Assembly (NCBI GenBank): GCA_038727135.1
Contig: JAVYWL010000001.1
Location: forward strand, 672,001 to 736,000
DNA from: Candidatus Bathyarchaeia archaeon
Lineage (GTDB): Archaea > Thermoproteota > Bathyarchaeia > Bathyarchaeales > Bathycorpusculaceae
Reading direction: 5' to 3'
DNA length: 64,000 nt
A model generated the notes under the pieces. That model was not told where the DNA came from. It searched no databases and saw nothing but the letters and a program-made list of their open reading frames with translations. This document shows positions 40,768 through 49,061 of this stretch, piece after piece; positions within the stretch are counted from its first letter, which is position 1, and each line of letters starts with the position of its first letter. Both the position numbers and the translations under genes were made by a program.

Positions 40768-41631
40768 ATGGCTGACCGTCCAAGATTTGGTCCAGCAGGG
40801 GTTCCGCCAAGTTTTAGAGCTATGAAAGCCTCCTTGACGGATGTTCCGAGACTTTTACGGGAAGAGGGATTAGACGCTTTTGAGTATCAAGCTGTACGTT
40901 GGGGTGGAAAGCCCCAAATTCGAAGGGAGGATGCCGAAAGCCTTGGATTAAGAGCCAAAGAGAACGACGTCCTCTTAAGCCTTCACGGCTCCTACTTCAT
41001 AAACTTGTGCGGTGAGAAAGAAACCGTCGAAGCTAGCAAAGACCGTCTTGTTGCGTGCGCCACTGCATCCCAGTGGATGGGCTCCCAAATTGTTGTTTTT
41101 CATCCTGGTTTTTACGGAAGAAAGTCTCCAAGGGAGGTTTTTAAAGCATGCCTCGAAGCCCTAAAAGATGTTGTTGAGAGGCTTAAGGCTCTTGGCATTA
41201 AGGATGTGCGGCTTGGTCCGGAAACCATGGGAAAGCCGACCCAGTTTGGCAGTTTAGAAGAGGTTTTAACTTTGTGCGAGCAAGTTGAGCAAACTCAGCC
41301 CGTAATAGACTGGGCGCACCTTCATGCGAGAGACCGTGGGCGCTTCAAGACTGTTGATGACTTCCGTAGGATTGTTGAGGAAATTGAGAGGCGTTTGGGA
41401 ACTGAAGCCGTCAAAAACATGCATTGCCACTTCACAAAGGTCGAGTTCACTGACAAGGGAGAGAGATGCCATCACACGATGGACGAGGCTGGTTATGGAC
41501 CAGATTTTGAGATGCTTGCGAAGGTTATAGCCGATTTTAGATTGAATCCAGTCATAATTAGCGAGAGCCCAGTGTTAGACGTGGACGCCATAAAAATGCG
41601 GGACTCTCTCAGAAAAGTGCTGAAAATATAA
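40768..41631 (+). CDS. nfo: Endonuclease IV family AP endonuclease (TIM barrel)
   Basis: FGPAG, HGSYFINL, VFHPG, ETMGK..QFG, DWAHLHAR, HCHF, ISESP. Confidence 0.9.
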   Translation: MADRPRFGPAGVPPSFRAMKASLTDVPRLLREEGLDAFEYQAVRWGGKPQIRREDAESLGLRAKENDVLLSLHGSYFINLCGEKETVEASKDRLVACATASQWMGSQIVVFHPGFYGRKSPREVFKACLEALKDVVERLKALGIKDVRLGPETMGKPTQFGSLEEVLTLCEQVEQTQPVIDWAHLHARDRGRFKTVDDFRRIVEEIERRLGTEAVKNMHCHFTKVEFTDKGERCHHTMDEAGYGPDFEMLAKVIADFRLNPVIISESPVLDVDAIKMRDSLRKVLKI

Positions 41632-41676
41632 GCTGGCTGCGATGGGCTTGATGCGATACCTTTTTCTATAAAGTTT

Positions 41677-42954
41677 GTGTGCTGTTTATGGGTGCCTTCG
41701 GTTTTGGTTAGGCTAAGGGGCTTCCAAAAACTTGCAACAATTGAAGAAGCGGAAAAACTATTTTTCAACAGCCTAAAACTTGAACGGCGTAAAACCGAAA
41801 TGATTCCAGTTTGGGAAGCGCTTAACCGCGTTTTGGCAGAAGATATCATAGCAGATGAAAACCTTCCAAGATTTGACCGTTCCGCAGTTGACGGTTATGC
41901 TGTTAAAGCCGAAGATACCTTTGGGGCTTCCCAGTTTAAGCCCAAAACCCTAAAACTGACAAATGCAAGCGAGGTGAAAAAGGGCGAAGCAAGACAAGTT
42001 TGGACCGGAAACCCTCTTCCAAGAGGAGCAGACGCCGTCTTGATGCTGGAGAATGTTAGGCTTGTTGGTGACAGCCAAATAGAGGTTTGGACAGCTGTTA
42101 CGCCGGGCGAGAATGTTTCGAAGCGGGGAGAAGACGTGGCAAAAGGCGAGGTCGCAGTAAAGGCTGAAACACGCCTTAAACCACACCATTTAGCCCTAAT
42201 ATCGGCGCTTGGCAAAAGCAAAATAAAAGTCTTTGAAAAGCCTAAGGTGGCGATTTTGGCAACTGGAAACGAGCTTGTCCAAGCTGGACAAAAACCACGC
42301 GAAGACCAAATCTATGAAACGAATAGAGTTATGCTTGCATCCATGTGCCATGAACTGGGCGCCGAGCCCATAGATTTGGGAATTGCAAAAGACGATGTTG
42401 AGGAAATTTCAGAAAAGCTCAAACAAGGGCTGGAGAAGGCGGACATTATAATAACCACCGGCGGTACAAGTGTTGGAGAATCGGACTTAGTTCCAACAGC
42501 CATAAACAAGCTTGGTAAGCCCGGCGTTATTGTTCACGGAGTTGCCATGCGCCCAGCCATGCCAACAGCCCTAGCCGTTGTAAATGGTAAGCCAATAATA
42601 GTGCTTTCAGGCAATCCGGTGGCAGCTTTCTTCGGCTTTGAGGTTTTCGCAAGACCTTTAATCCTCAAAATGCTAGGCATAAAAAACGAGTCCAGACCCG
42701 TTGTGATGGCAAGACTGACAAGGCGGACATCGGCGGCTCTTGGAAGAAAAACCTTTGTTCGCGTCCGTGTCTTCCAGAGGGATGGAGAGTTTTATGCTGA
42801 GCCCATAAGTGCTAGGGGTTCTGGCATAATCTCAACATTAACAAGGGCTGATGGCTATGTTGTCGTGCCCGAAAACCGCGAGGGACTAGAAGAGGGCGAA
42901 ACTGTTCAAGTTCGCCTCTTTGACACGTTGGGGGTTTTTAGCGAGAATGTTTAG
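41677..42954 (+). CDS. moeA: Molybdopterin molybdenum/tungsten transferase MoeA (start probably 41704)
   Basis: PRFDRSAVDGYA, TGNEL, TTGGTSVG, GNPV. Confidence 0.94.
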   Translation: MCCLWVPSVLVRLRGFQKLATIEEAEKLFFNSLKLERRKTEMIPVWEALNRVLAEDIIADENLPRFDRSAVDGYAVKAEDTFGASQFKPKTLKLTNASEVKKGEARQVWTGNPLPRGADAVLMLENVRLVGDSQIEVWTAVTPGENVSKRGEDVAKGEVAVKAETRLKPHHLALISALGKSKIKVFEKPKVAILATGNELVQAGQKPREDQIYETNRVMLASMCHELGAEPIDLGIAKDDVEEISEKLKQGLEKADIIITTGGTSVGESDLVPTAINKLGKPGVIVHGVAMRPAMPTALAVVNGKPIIVLSGNPVAAFFGFEVFARPLILKMLGIKNESRPVVMARLTRRTSAALGRKTFVRVRVFQRDGEFYAEPISARGSGIISTLTRADGYVVVPENREGLEEGETVQVRLFDTLGVFSENV

Positions 42955-44182
42955 AAAACTCTTCACCCTCGAAGAGGCAAAGAAGGCTATTGAAAAACAT
43001 TTTGAGGCTAAACCAATAGGCGTCGAAGAAGTCCCGCTTTTGGAGGCTTACAACCGCGTTTTAGCAGAAGACGTAACCGCCCCGCTGGATATTCCACCCT
43101 TCAACCGCTCAACAGTGGACGGTTATGCCGTTAAAGCCGAAGACACTTTTGGTGCGGACGAAAATAGACCAGTAAAGCTGAAGCTTTGCGGAACAGTAAA
43201 CGTTGGGGAAATGCCAAAAATTAAAGTGGAATATGGAACAGCAGCAGAAATAATGACTGGCGCGCCAATTCCCGAAGGCGCGGACGCTGTTGTTATGGCT
43301 GAAAACACCGAGCTAAGGAACGGTGAAGTCTACGTTTATGCTGCAGTGGCAAAAGATGAAAACATAATGAGGGCTGGAGCAGACATAAAAAGGGGCGAAA
43401 CCGTTGCAAAGCAAGGACAACTTTTAGGCGCAAGGGAAATCGGCGCCATAGCAGCAGTTGGACTTTCAAAAGTAAAGGTTTACAAAATCCCCCGAGTGGC
43501 TGTTTTATCCACAGGCGCAGAAATAACCGAACCAGGCGAGCCACTAGCTCCAGGAAAAATTTATGATATTAACGCCTACAGCCTAAGCACAGCTGTTATG
43601 GAAAGCGGCGGAAAACCAGTCTATCTGGGGGTTTTTCCGGACGACCCAGATGAAATTGAAAAAGCATTGAAAAAAGCGTTATCGTCAGCGGACGTTGTTG
43701 TGACTTCAGGAGGAGTTTCAGTCGGACCAAAAGATGTCATTCCAAAAACACTTAGTCTCCTTGGAAAGCCCGGCGTGGTTGTTTGCGGGATGGCTACAAA
43801 ACCGGGAAAGCCAACAACCGTCGCTGTTGTAGACGGCAAGCCCGTTTTCGCCCTTCCCGGACACCCAACCTCAGCACTATTGATCTTTCACCTGCTTGTG
43901 CGCCCAATAATAGAATGTATGGCCGGAAGAAAAGCTTCGGAGGCTGCTGTTGTTAGGGCTCTGGCTTTGACGCGGATGTTTCCAGCAAGGGGTAGACGCA
44001 CCTTCATCATGGTGAAACTCAAAAGAGACGAGAAACAACGGCTCGTAGCAGAACCCGTTCCAGTTGGGCTTTCAGGAGCCATAACAACCCTATTAAGGGC
44101 TGACGGATTCATAGAAATCCCAGAAAACCAGCAGTTTGTAGATGCAGGGGAAGAGGTCACAGTTCACCTTTTAAAAACTTAG
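42947..44182 (+). CDS. moeA: Second MoeA paralog
   Basis: PPFNRSTVDGYA, TGAPIP.GAD, SGGVSVG, KPGKP, LPGHP; ATG 42947 overlaps upstream gene end. Confidence 0.94.
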   Translation: MFRKLFTLEEAKKAIEKHFEAKPIGVEEVPLLEAYNRVLAEDVTAPLDIPPFNRSTVDGYAVKAEDTFGADENRPVKLKLCGTVNVGEMPKIKVEYGTAAEIMTGAPIPEGADAVVMAENTELRNGEVYVYAAVAKDENIMRAGADIKRGETVAKQGQLLGAREIGAIAAVGLSKVKVYKIPRVAVLSTGAEITEPGEPLAPGKIYDINAYSLSTAVMESGGKPVYLGVFPDDPDEIEKALKKALSSADVVVTSGGVSVGPKDVIPKTLSLLGKPGVVVCGMATKPGKPTTVAVVDGKPVFALPGHPTSALLIFHLLVRPIIECMAGRKASEAAVVRALALTRMFPARGRRTFIMVKLKRDEKQRLVAEPVPVGLSGAITTLLRADGFIEIPENQQFVDAGEEVTVHLLKT

Positions 44183-44195
44183 GGAACATAGATGT

Positions 44196-44555
44196 TTAAA
44201 ATTCGAGTTTCTTTCTTCTAGCAGCCAGATAAATTGTGGCAACCCATGTTAAGATCAAGTACAGAATCATGGCTGTGTCAATAATGATGTCGCTACCCAA
44301 AGTGTAGTAAAGCATTGAAGCAGTAAAGGTTGTGTTTGTGAAGAAGAGGACAAAAACGCTCCAGAGAGCCCAACGCCTCCGCCTAATCAAACCGTAGGCT
44401 GTTGCTAGGTTTATTATGCCAATCAAGCCTATGTGGATCAGCTCATAATCCACTGTGGCCAATACGATAATGCAGACGATGCCAGAGGCGGTATAGAAGA
44501 TCGAGGCTAGAAGCAAACCTATGTTTTCGATTTTAAGCCGTGACTTGAATCCCAT
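44196..44555 (-). CDS. Small 4-TM hypothetical membrane protein
   Basis: Four hydrophobic helices, basic C-terminus. Confidence 0.65.
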   Translation of the reverse strand: MGFKSRLKIENIGLLLASIFYTASGIVCIIVLATVDYELIHIGLIGIINLATAYGLIRRRRWALWSVFVLFFTNTTFTASMLYYTLGSDIIIDTAMILYLILTWVATIYLAARRKKLEF

Positions 44556-44725
44556 GGCGGTTGCCTTCTGGAATTAATGCATTAAATTGAAACGCATATG
44601 GTTAATAAATCATATGCTTTGAACAGCCACTTTTACTTCCAAGCCTATCATAAGCCCATGGATATTTCCATTTCGAAACAACCCTTTTTATAGGAAAGCG
44701 GCAATGCTTTATTGGAGAAAGGAGA

Positions 44726-46423
44726 ATGCGAAAGAGAAAAGTGACTATGCTCATATTTCTAACCATTTTAGCCCTAACGCTAAGCCTCACCCAAACTTTT
44801 ACTGCAGAAGCGTGCCACCGCGGGGACCGAAAGCCTCCAAAGATTCATTATGTTTGCCAATATCCGACAAAACCCGAATACGAGGACATTGTGCTGGTTT
44901 TAGCATACATAACAGATTCTAAAAGCGGGGTGGCTAACGCAACTCTTTGCTACAGAGTTAACGGCCAAGAAGTTGTTAGGCTAAAAATGAATAGGACTGG
45001 CAATTTGTTTTTTGCAGAGATTCCGCCAAAACGTTATAACTCCACAGTCGCCTATGTGGTCTGCGCCTGTGACAGGGCTGGAAACAAGGCATGCTCAAAA
45101 GAGTACACATATACGGTTGGCGACTTTCATCCACCAGTCATAACATACGTTGAGCGGGTTCCAGCCCAACCAAACTACAACGAAACCACTTTGATAATTG
45201 CGAATGCGATGGAGCCGCCTCTTGCAAGCGGCGTAAAAGAGCTTTTGCTATCTTATAACAATGGAACAGGTTGGAATGTTATAGGAATGATTTTCAATGG
45301 CACACTATATATTGCAGAAATACCAGCACTCCCGTACGGAACAATGGTGAATTATCGTGTTTTTGCGGTGGACAATGCTGGAAACACCGCAACCCTAGAC
45401 GTCTACTCATATGTGGTTGTCGACCGTTTCCCGCCGATAGCTACCATATTAACACCGAATGAGGGGAGCTATGTCGCCGGAAACATAAACGTCACAGTTC
45501 ACGTGGGAGACGACAATTTATTAAGCGCAAAACTCATGGTTGATGAAACCCTTTTAGCTGAATGGAATGTGACGGGACAATACGCCTTACAATTGGACAC
45601 GACAACACTGGATGACGGGCTTCACATTTTGACACTTGAAGCCCTTGATATGGCTGAAAACATAGCAAAACACGAAGTTACTGTAACTGTTGACAATACA
45701 TTACCAAGGGCGGAAATCCTTTCGCCGTCTAATGGAAGTTTTCTGCGCGGCATAGTGCTTGTTATGCTTCACGCCGAAGACGCAAACTTTGAAAGGATGA
45801 AGCTGGAAATAGGCGAAGAAATTCATGTTTGGGAGATAAAGGACCAAACCTACATTTGGGATACAAGCGGCTATAGCGACGGCATCTACAACATCACCTT
45901 AACGGTGTTTGACAATGCTGGAAACAAGGATGAAACCAGTATAACCGTAATCGTTGACAACACAGCCCCAATGCTGACAAGCTTCTCGTGGACGCCCACA
46001 GAGCCAAAAGAAAACGAGTCAGTCAAAGTCTCAGCCAGATTCGTGGACGATGGAAGCGGAATTAAAAACGCCACCTTATGGTTTAGGCTCCTAGGCGGAG
46101 AATGGCAAAAACTGCCAATGAATTTGGAGGATGGAAACTGGACTGGCACAATTCCGGAATATCCAAAAGATGCCATAATAACGTTTTATGTGGAATGCGT
46201 TGACAATGCTGGAAACATCGCAAAAACAATGGAAGGTTACTATATTGTCAAGGCTGTAGCAGGCGAGGGTGGCGTCACCCCCGGCGCTGAGGGGTTCCCA
46301 TTGTATTGGCTAATACTGGTAATTCTAGCGATATTCGCGGTTCTGGCTTCAACAGCCTATTACGTCAGAAAAAGAAAGCGCGGCGCCGCCACCACTAACT
46401 ATTTCGCCATAACAAGCCTCTAG
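44726..46423 (+). CDS. Membrane-anchored surface protein with about 5 Ig-like repeats
   Basis: Signal peptide, repeated D(N/R/M)A(G/E)N and VDNT.P motifs, C-terminal TM plus RKRKR. Confidence 0.82.
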   Translation: MRKRKVTMLIFLTILALTLSLTQTFTAEACHRGDRKPPKIHYVCQYPTKPEYEDIVLVLAYITDSKSGVANATLCYRVNGQEVVRLKMNRTGNLFFAEIPPKRYNSTVAYVVCACDRAGNKACSKEYTYTVGDFHPPVITYVERVPAQPNYNETTLIIANAMEPPLASGVKELLLSYNNGTGWNVIGMIFNGTLYIAEIPALPYGTMVNYRVFAVDNAGNTATLDVYSYVVVDRFPPIATILTPNEGSYVAGNINVTVHVGDDNLLSAKLMVDETLLAEWNVTGQYALQLDTTTLDDGLHILTLEALDMAENIAKHEVTVTVDNTLPRAEILSPSNGSFLRGIVLVMLHAEDANFERMKLEIGEEIHVWEIKDQTYIWDTSGYSDGIYNITLTVFDNAGNKDETSITVIVDNTAPMLTSFSWTPTEPKENESVKVSARFVDDGSGIKNATLWFRLLGGEWQKLPMNLEDGNWTGTIPEYPKDAIITFYVECVDNAGNIAKTMEGYYIVKAVAGEGGVTPGAEGFPLYWLILVILAIFAVLASTAYYVRKRKRGAATTNYFAITSL

Positions 46424-46525
46424 CCATCACGTCCGACAGCGTCAAAGCGTCTTCAATTTTCATTATGAAGCGAAAGAGTTTAGAACTTAATAGGCTAAAC
46501 AGTTTAGCCGTTCAGCTTCAAGAGG

Positions 46526-47434
46526 ATGCAAAAGATGGGCTACCGCGACTTGTATGTTTCGCACCCCACAGTTTTTAGCGGTTTTCAGAAGACTTTTGAG
46601 GAAGCTGACTACGTGGTTTTGGGCGTGCCTTTTGATGTTACAAGCACCTATCGAACAGGGGCTAGGTTTGGACCCAACGCAATAAGGGAGGCATCCCTAA
46701 ACATTGAAACCTACAGCATCCGCAGCGGTGTGGACGTTGAAGAACTGCGAATTCATGACTTAGGCGACTTGCATGTTTCCACAGACACCGAGCAAACCCT
46801 TGAAAGACTTGCAAGAGTTATCAAAGAAATATTGGAGGCTGGAAAAACGCCCATCACCATTGGTGGGGAGCACACAGTTACACTTGGCGTTTTGAAAGGT
46901 TTTGGCAACAAAGCTTCAGAGATGGCTGTTTTAAGTTTTGACGCCCATCTCGATTTGCGGGACGAGTTTATGGGTTTAAGGCTTTCTCACGCGACTTTTA
47001 TGCGAAGACTAAATGAGCAGTTAAAGCCAGCAAAAATCTTGGAAATTGGTGTAAGAGCCGTTTGCAGAGAGGAGCTTGAATATGCGGATAAAGCCGGAGT
47101 AGAATTCGTGACAGCCCAGCAGATTAGAAAGAACGGGGTAGAGCAGACACTGAAGCTTTTGAGGCTAAAGCTCGCCAAGGTGAAAAGTGTTTATGTTTCC
47201 GTGGATATGGATGTTCTTGATCCAGCCTATGCCCCGGCTGTGCAAAATCCAGAACCTGACGGCCTCGAAAGCCACAAATTGCTGGACATTTTATGCGGTA
47301 TTTGTGATAAGCGTGTTGTGGGACTGGATGTTGTGGAAGTTGCCCCAAACTATGATTTTGGGGTTACGGCGGTTCAAGCAGCAAAGATAATTTTTGAGCT
47401 TCTGTCAAGTATGGAAAAATTGCGGGTACACTGA
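46526..47434 (+). CDS. speB: Agmatinase
   Basis: GARFGP, GGEH, DAHLD, DMDVLDP, VEVAP. Confidence 0.94.
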   Translation: MQKMGYRDLYVSHPTVFSGFQKTFEEADYVVLGVPFDVTSTYRTGARFGPNAIREASLNIETYSIRSGVDVEELRIHDLGDLHVSTDTEQTLERLARVIKEILEAGKTPITIGGEHTVTLGVLKGFGNKASEMAVLSFDAHLDLRDEFMGLRLSHATFMRRLNEQLKPAKILEIGVRAVCREELEYADKAGVEFVTAQQIRKNGVEQTLKLLRLKLAKVKSVYVSVDMDVLDPAYAPAVQNPEPDGLESHKLLDILCGICDKRVVGLDVVEVAPNYDFGVTAVQAAKIIFELLSSMEKLRVH

Positions 47435-47551
47435 GCGATAATCTTTTATGTGGATTATTTTGAAATGCTCTTTCATCTGCTGTTACAAGGATGGCTCTTG
47501 GCGTCTGCGTTAAACCATGATGATGGAGTACCTTTAGATTCTCAAATTGCG

Positions 47552-48904
47552 TCATGTTTTGCCCCTTGACAATTTTGCTATGAAGAAGCCGTTGCACTCG
47601 TGGATGTGTGGGTAAAGCCTCTGGCATTTTTCCATTCCTCTCATTCCTGGAAGCCCGATTTTTGGTGTTATTTCAGCCAGTGAGAACTCCGGATGCCACT
47701 TTAAGAATCTTTCAATAAGCATTTCGTTTTCTTCAACTGTTATGCTGCAAGTGGAATAGATTAGTGTACCGCCTGGCTTGACTTTTTCAGCGCAGTTTTC
47801 CAGCATCTGCCACTGGATTACAGACATCTTCTCAACGGAGCGCTGTGTAAGCCTCCATTTGGCTGATGGAATCTTTGCGAAGGCTCCTGTGCTTGTGCAT
47901 GGCGGATCTAAAACTACCATGTCCGCCTCTATGGAGACTGGCAGCGGATTACATGCGTCAGCAATTATTGGCTCGGCGATATCCACACCCATTCTTGCTA
48001 TCTCGCTTTTCCAAACATTCATCCTTCGTCTTGAAAAGTCTATTGAATATATTGTGCCTCGGTTCTGCATGAGCTGAGCCAGATAGGTGGTTTTGGCACC
48101 AGGAGCCGCACATACATCCAAAAGCACGGCTCCTGGCTGTGGGTTTGCCACTTCGGCTGCATAGCAGCTAGCCTTATCTTGAATGTAAAATAAGCCTTCG
48201 CTGAAGCTTTTGGTTCTTGTGAGCGGGGTTTTTGTGCCTAACACCTTGTAGGCATAGCGTAACCCATCAACTTTTTTAACTCTTACTTTTTCCTCGACTA
48301 GTCTCGCCAAAATTTCATTTTCGCTACCTTTTAGTGTGTTAAGTCTAATGTATGTTGGGGGCACCTTCAAGTTTGCCTCCAAAATGTTTATGGCTTCTTT
48401 TCTGCCGAAAAGTTTGAAGCAGTACCGCACAAACCATGTTGGATGGAAAGTTAGAAGTCCAACCCTTTCCTCGTCGCCCATGCCTTTTGGAATGATGTTT
48501 GGGCTTTCTGTTAAAAGCAAGCCTAGAAATGGCTCAACGCTTTGGAGGGTTCTCCATCCCAAAATTGAACGGGCAAGCTTCACAATGTTTTTTGCCTCTT
48601 CAATGTCTAGTTTCCCCCAGTTTTTGGCAACCCTTGTCTGGTAAACGTAAAGCCTCAAAAAGGACTGGACGCCCAAGGTGAACTCGCTTATAGATTTGGG
48701 CTTCAAAACTTCGTTTATAAAACGGTCTATAAGGTTGTGGCGCCGGACGGTTTCACAGACAAGACCGTGAGCATAGCGCAAGGCGTCAATATCGCTTATT
48801 TCAAGCTGTTTTGCTGTTCTGGCTATGGCTAGACGCTCGCTTATTTGCGCTTTCTCCATCCAGCTTAAGGCTTCAATAGCCAGAGACCAAGCCTCTCTAA
48901 GCAT
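47552..48904 (-). CDS. RsmB/NOP family RNA m5C methyltransferase
   Basis: IQDKAS, DVCAAPGAKT, DPPCTSTG, YSTCS, GFFIA. Confidence 0.93.
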   Translation of the reverse strand: MLREAWSLAIEALSWMEKAQISERLAIARTAKQLEISDIDALRYAHGLVCETVRRHNLIDRFINEVLKPKSISEFTLGVQSFLRLYVYQTRVAKNWGKLDIEEAKNIVKLARSILGWRTLQSVEPFLGLLLTESPNIIPKGMGDEERVGLLTFHPTWFVRYCFKLFGRKEAINILEANLKVPPTYIRLNTLKGSENEILARLVEEKVRVKKVDGLRYAYKVLGTKTPLTRTKSFSEGLFYIQDKASCYAAEVANPQPGAVLLDVCAAPGAKTTYLAQLMQNRGTIYSIDFSRRRMNVWKSEIARMGVDIAEPIIADACNPLPVSIEADMVVLDPPCTSTGAFAKIPSAKWRLTQRSVEKMSVIQWQMLENCAEKVKPGGTLIYSTCSITVEENEMLIERFLKWHPEFSLAEITPKIGLPGMRGMEKCQRLYPHIHECNGFFIAKLSRGKT

Positions 48905-49061
48905 TCCCTTTTCACTCGGCTAAACAGCAATACAGAGGCGCTTAAAAGATTAAAAGTTTCCATAAAGGGCGGTATGCGATATGCCCTTGAAAGTTTCAAG
49001 GTTTCGTTTAGTAAGGTTTTTAGTCTGTTGCTGGTGATATTTAGTTAGGTTAAGAGCGGTT

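Noticed and set aside
41860-43160. Near-identical nucleotide stretch shared by the two moeA genes
   Set aside because: Corresponds to the conserved DGYAVKAEDTFGA motif; paired moeA genes are normal in archaea.
47515-47552. ATGATGA C-box-like motif suggesting a C/D sRNA
   Set aside because: No suitably placed CTGA D box or terminal stem.
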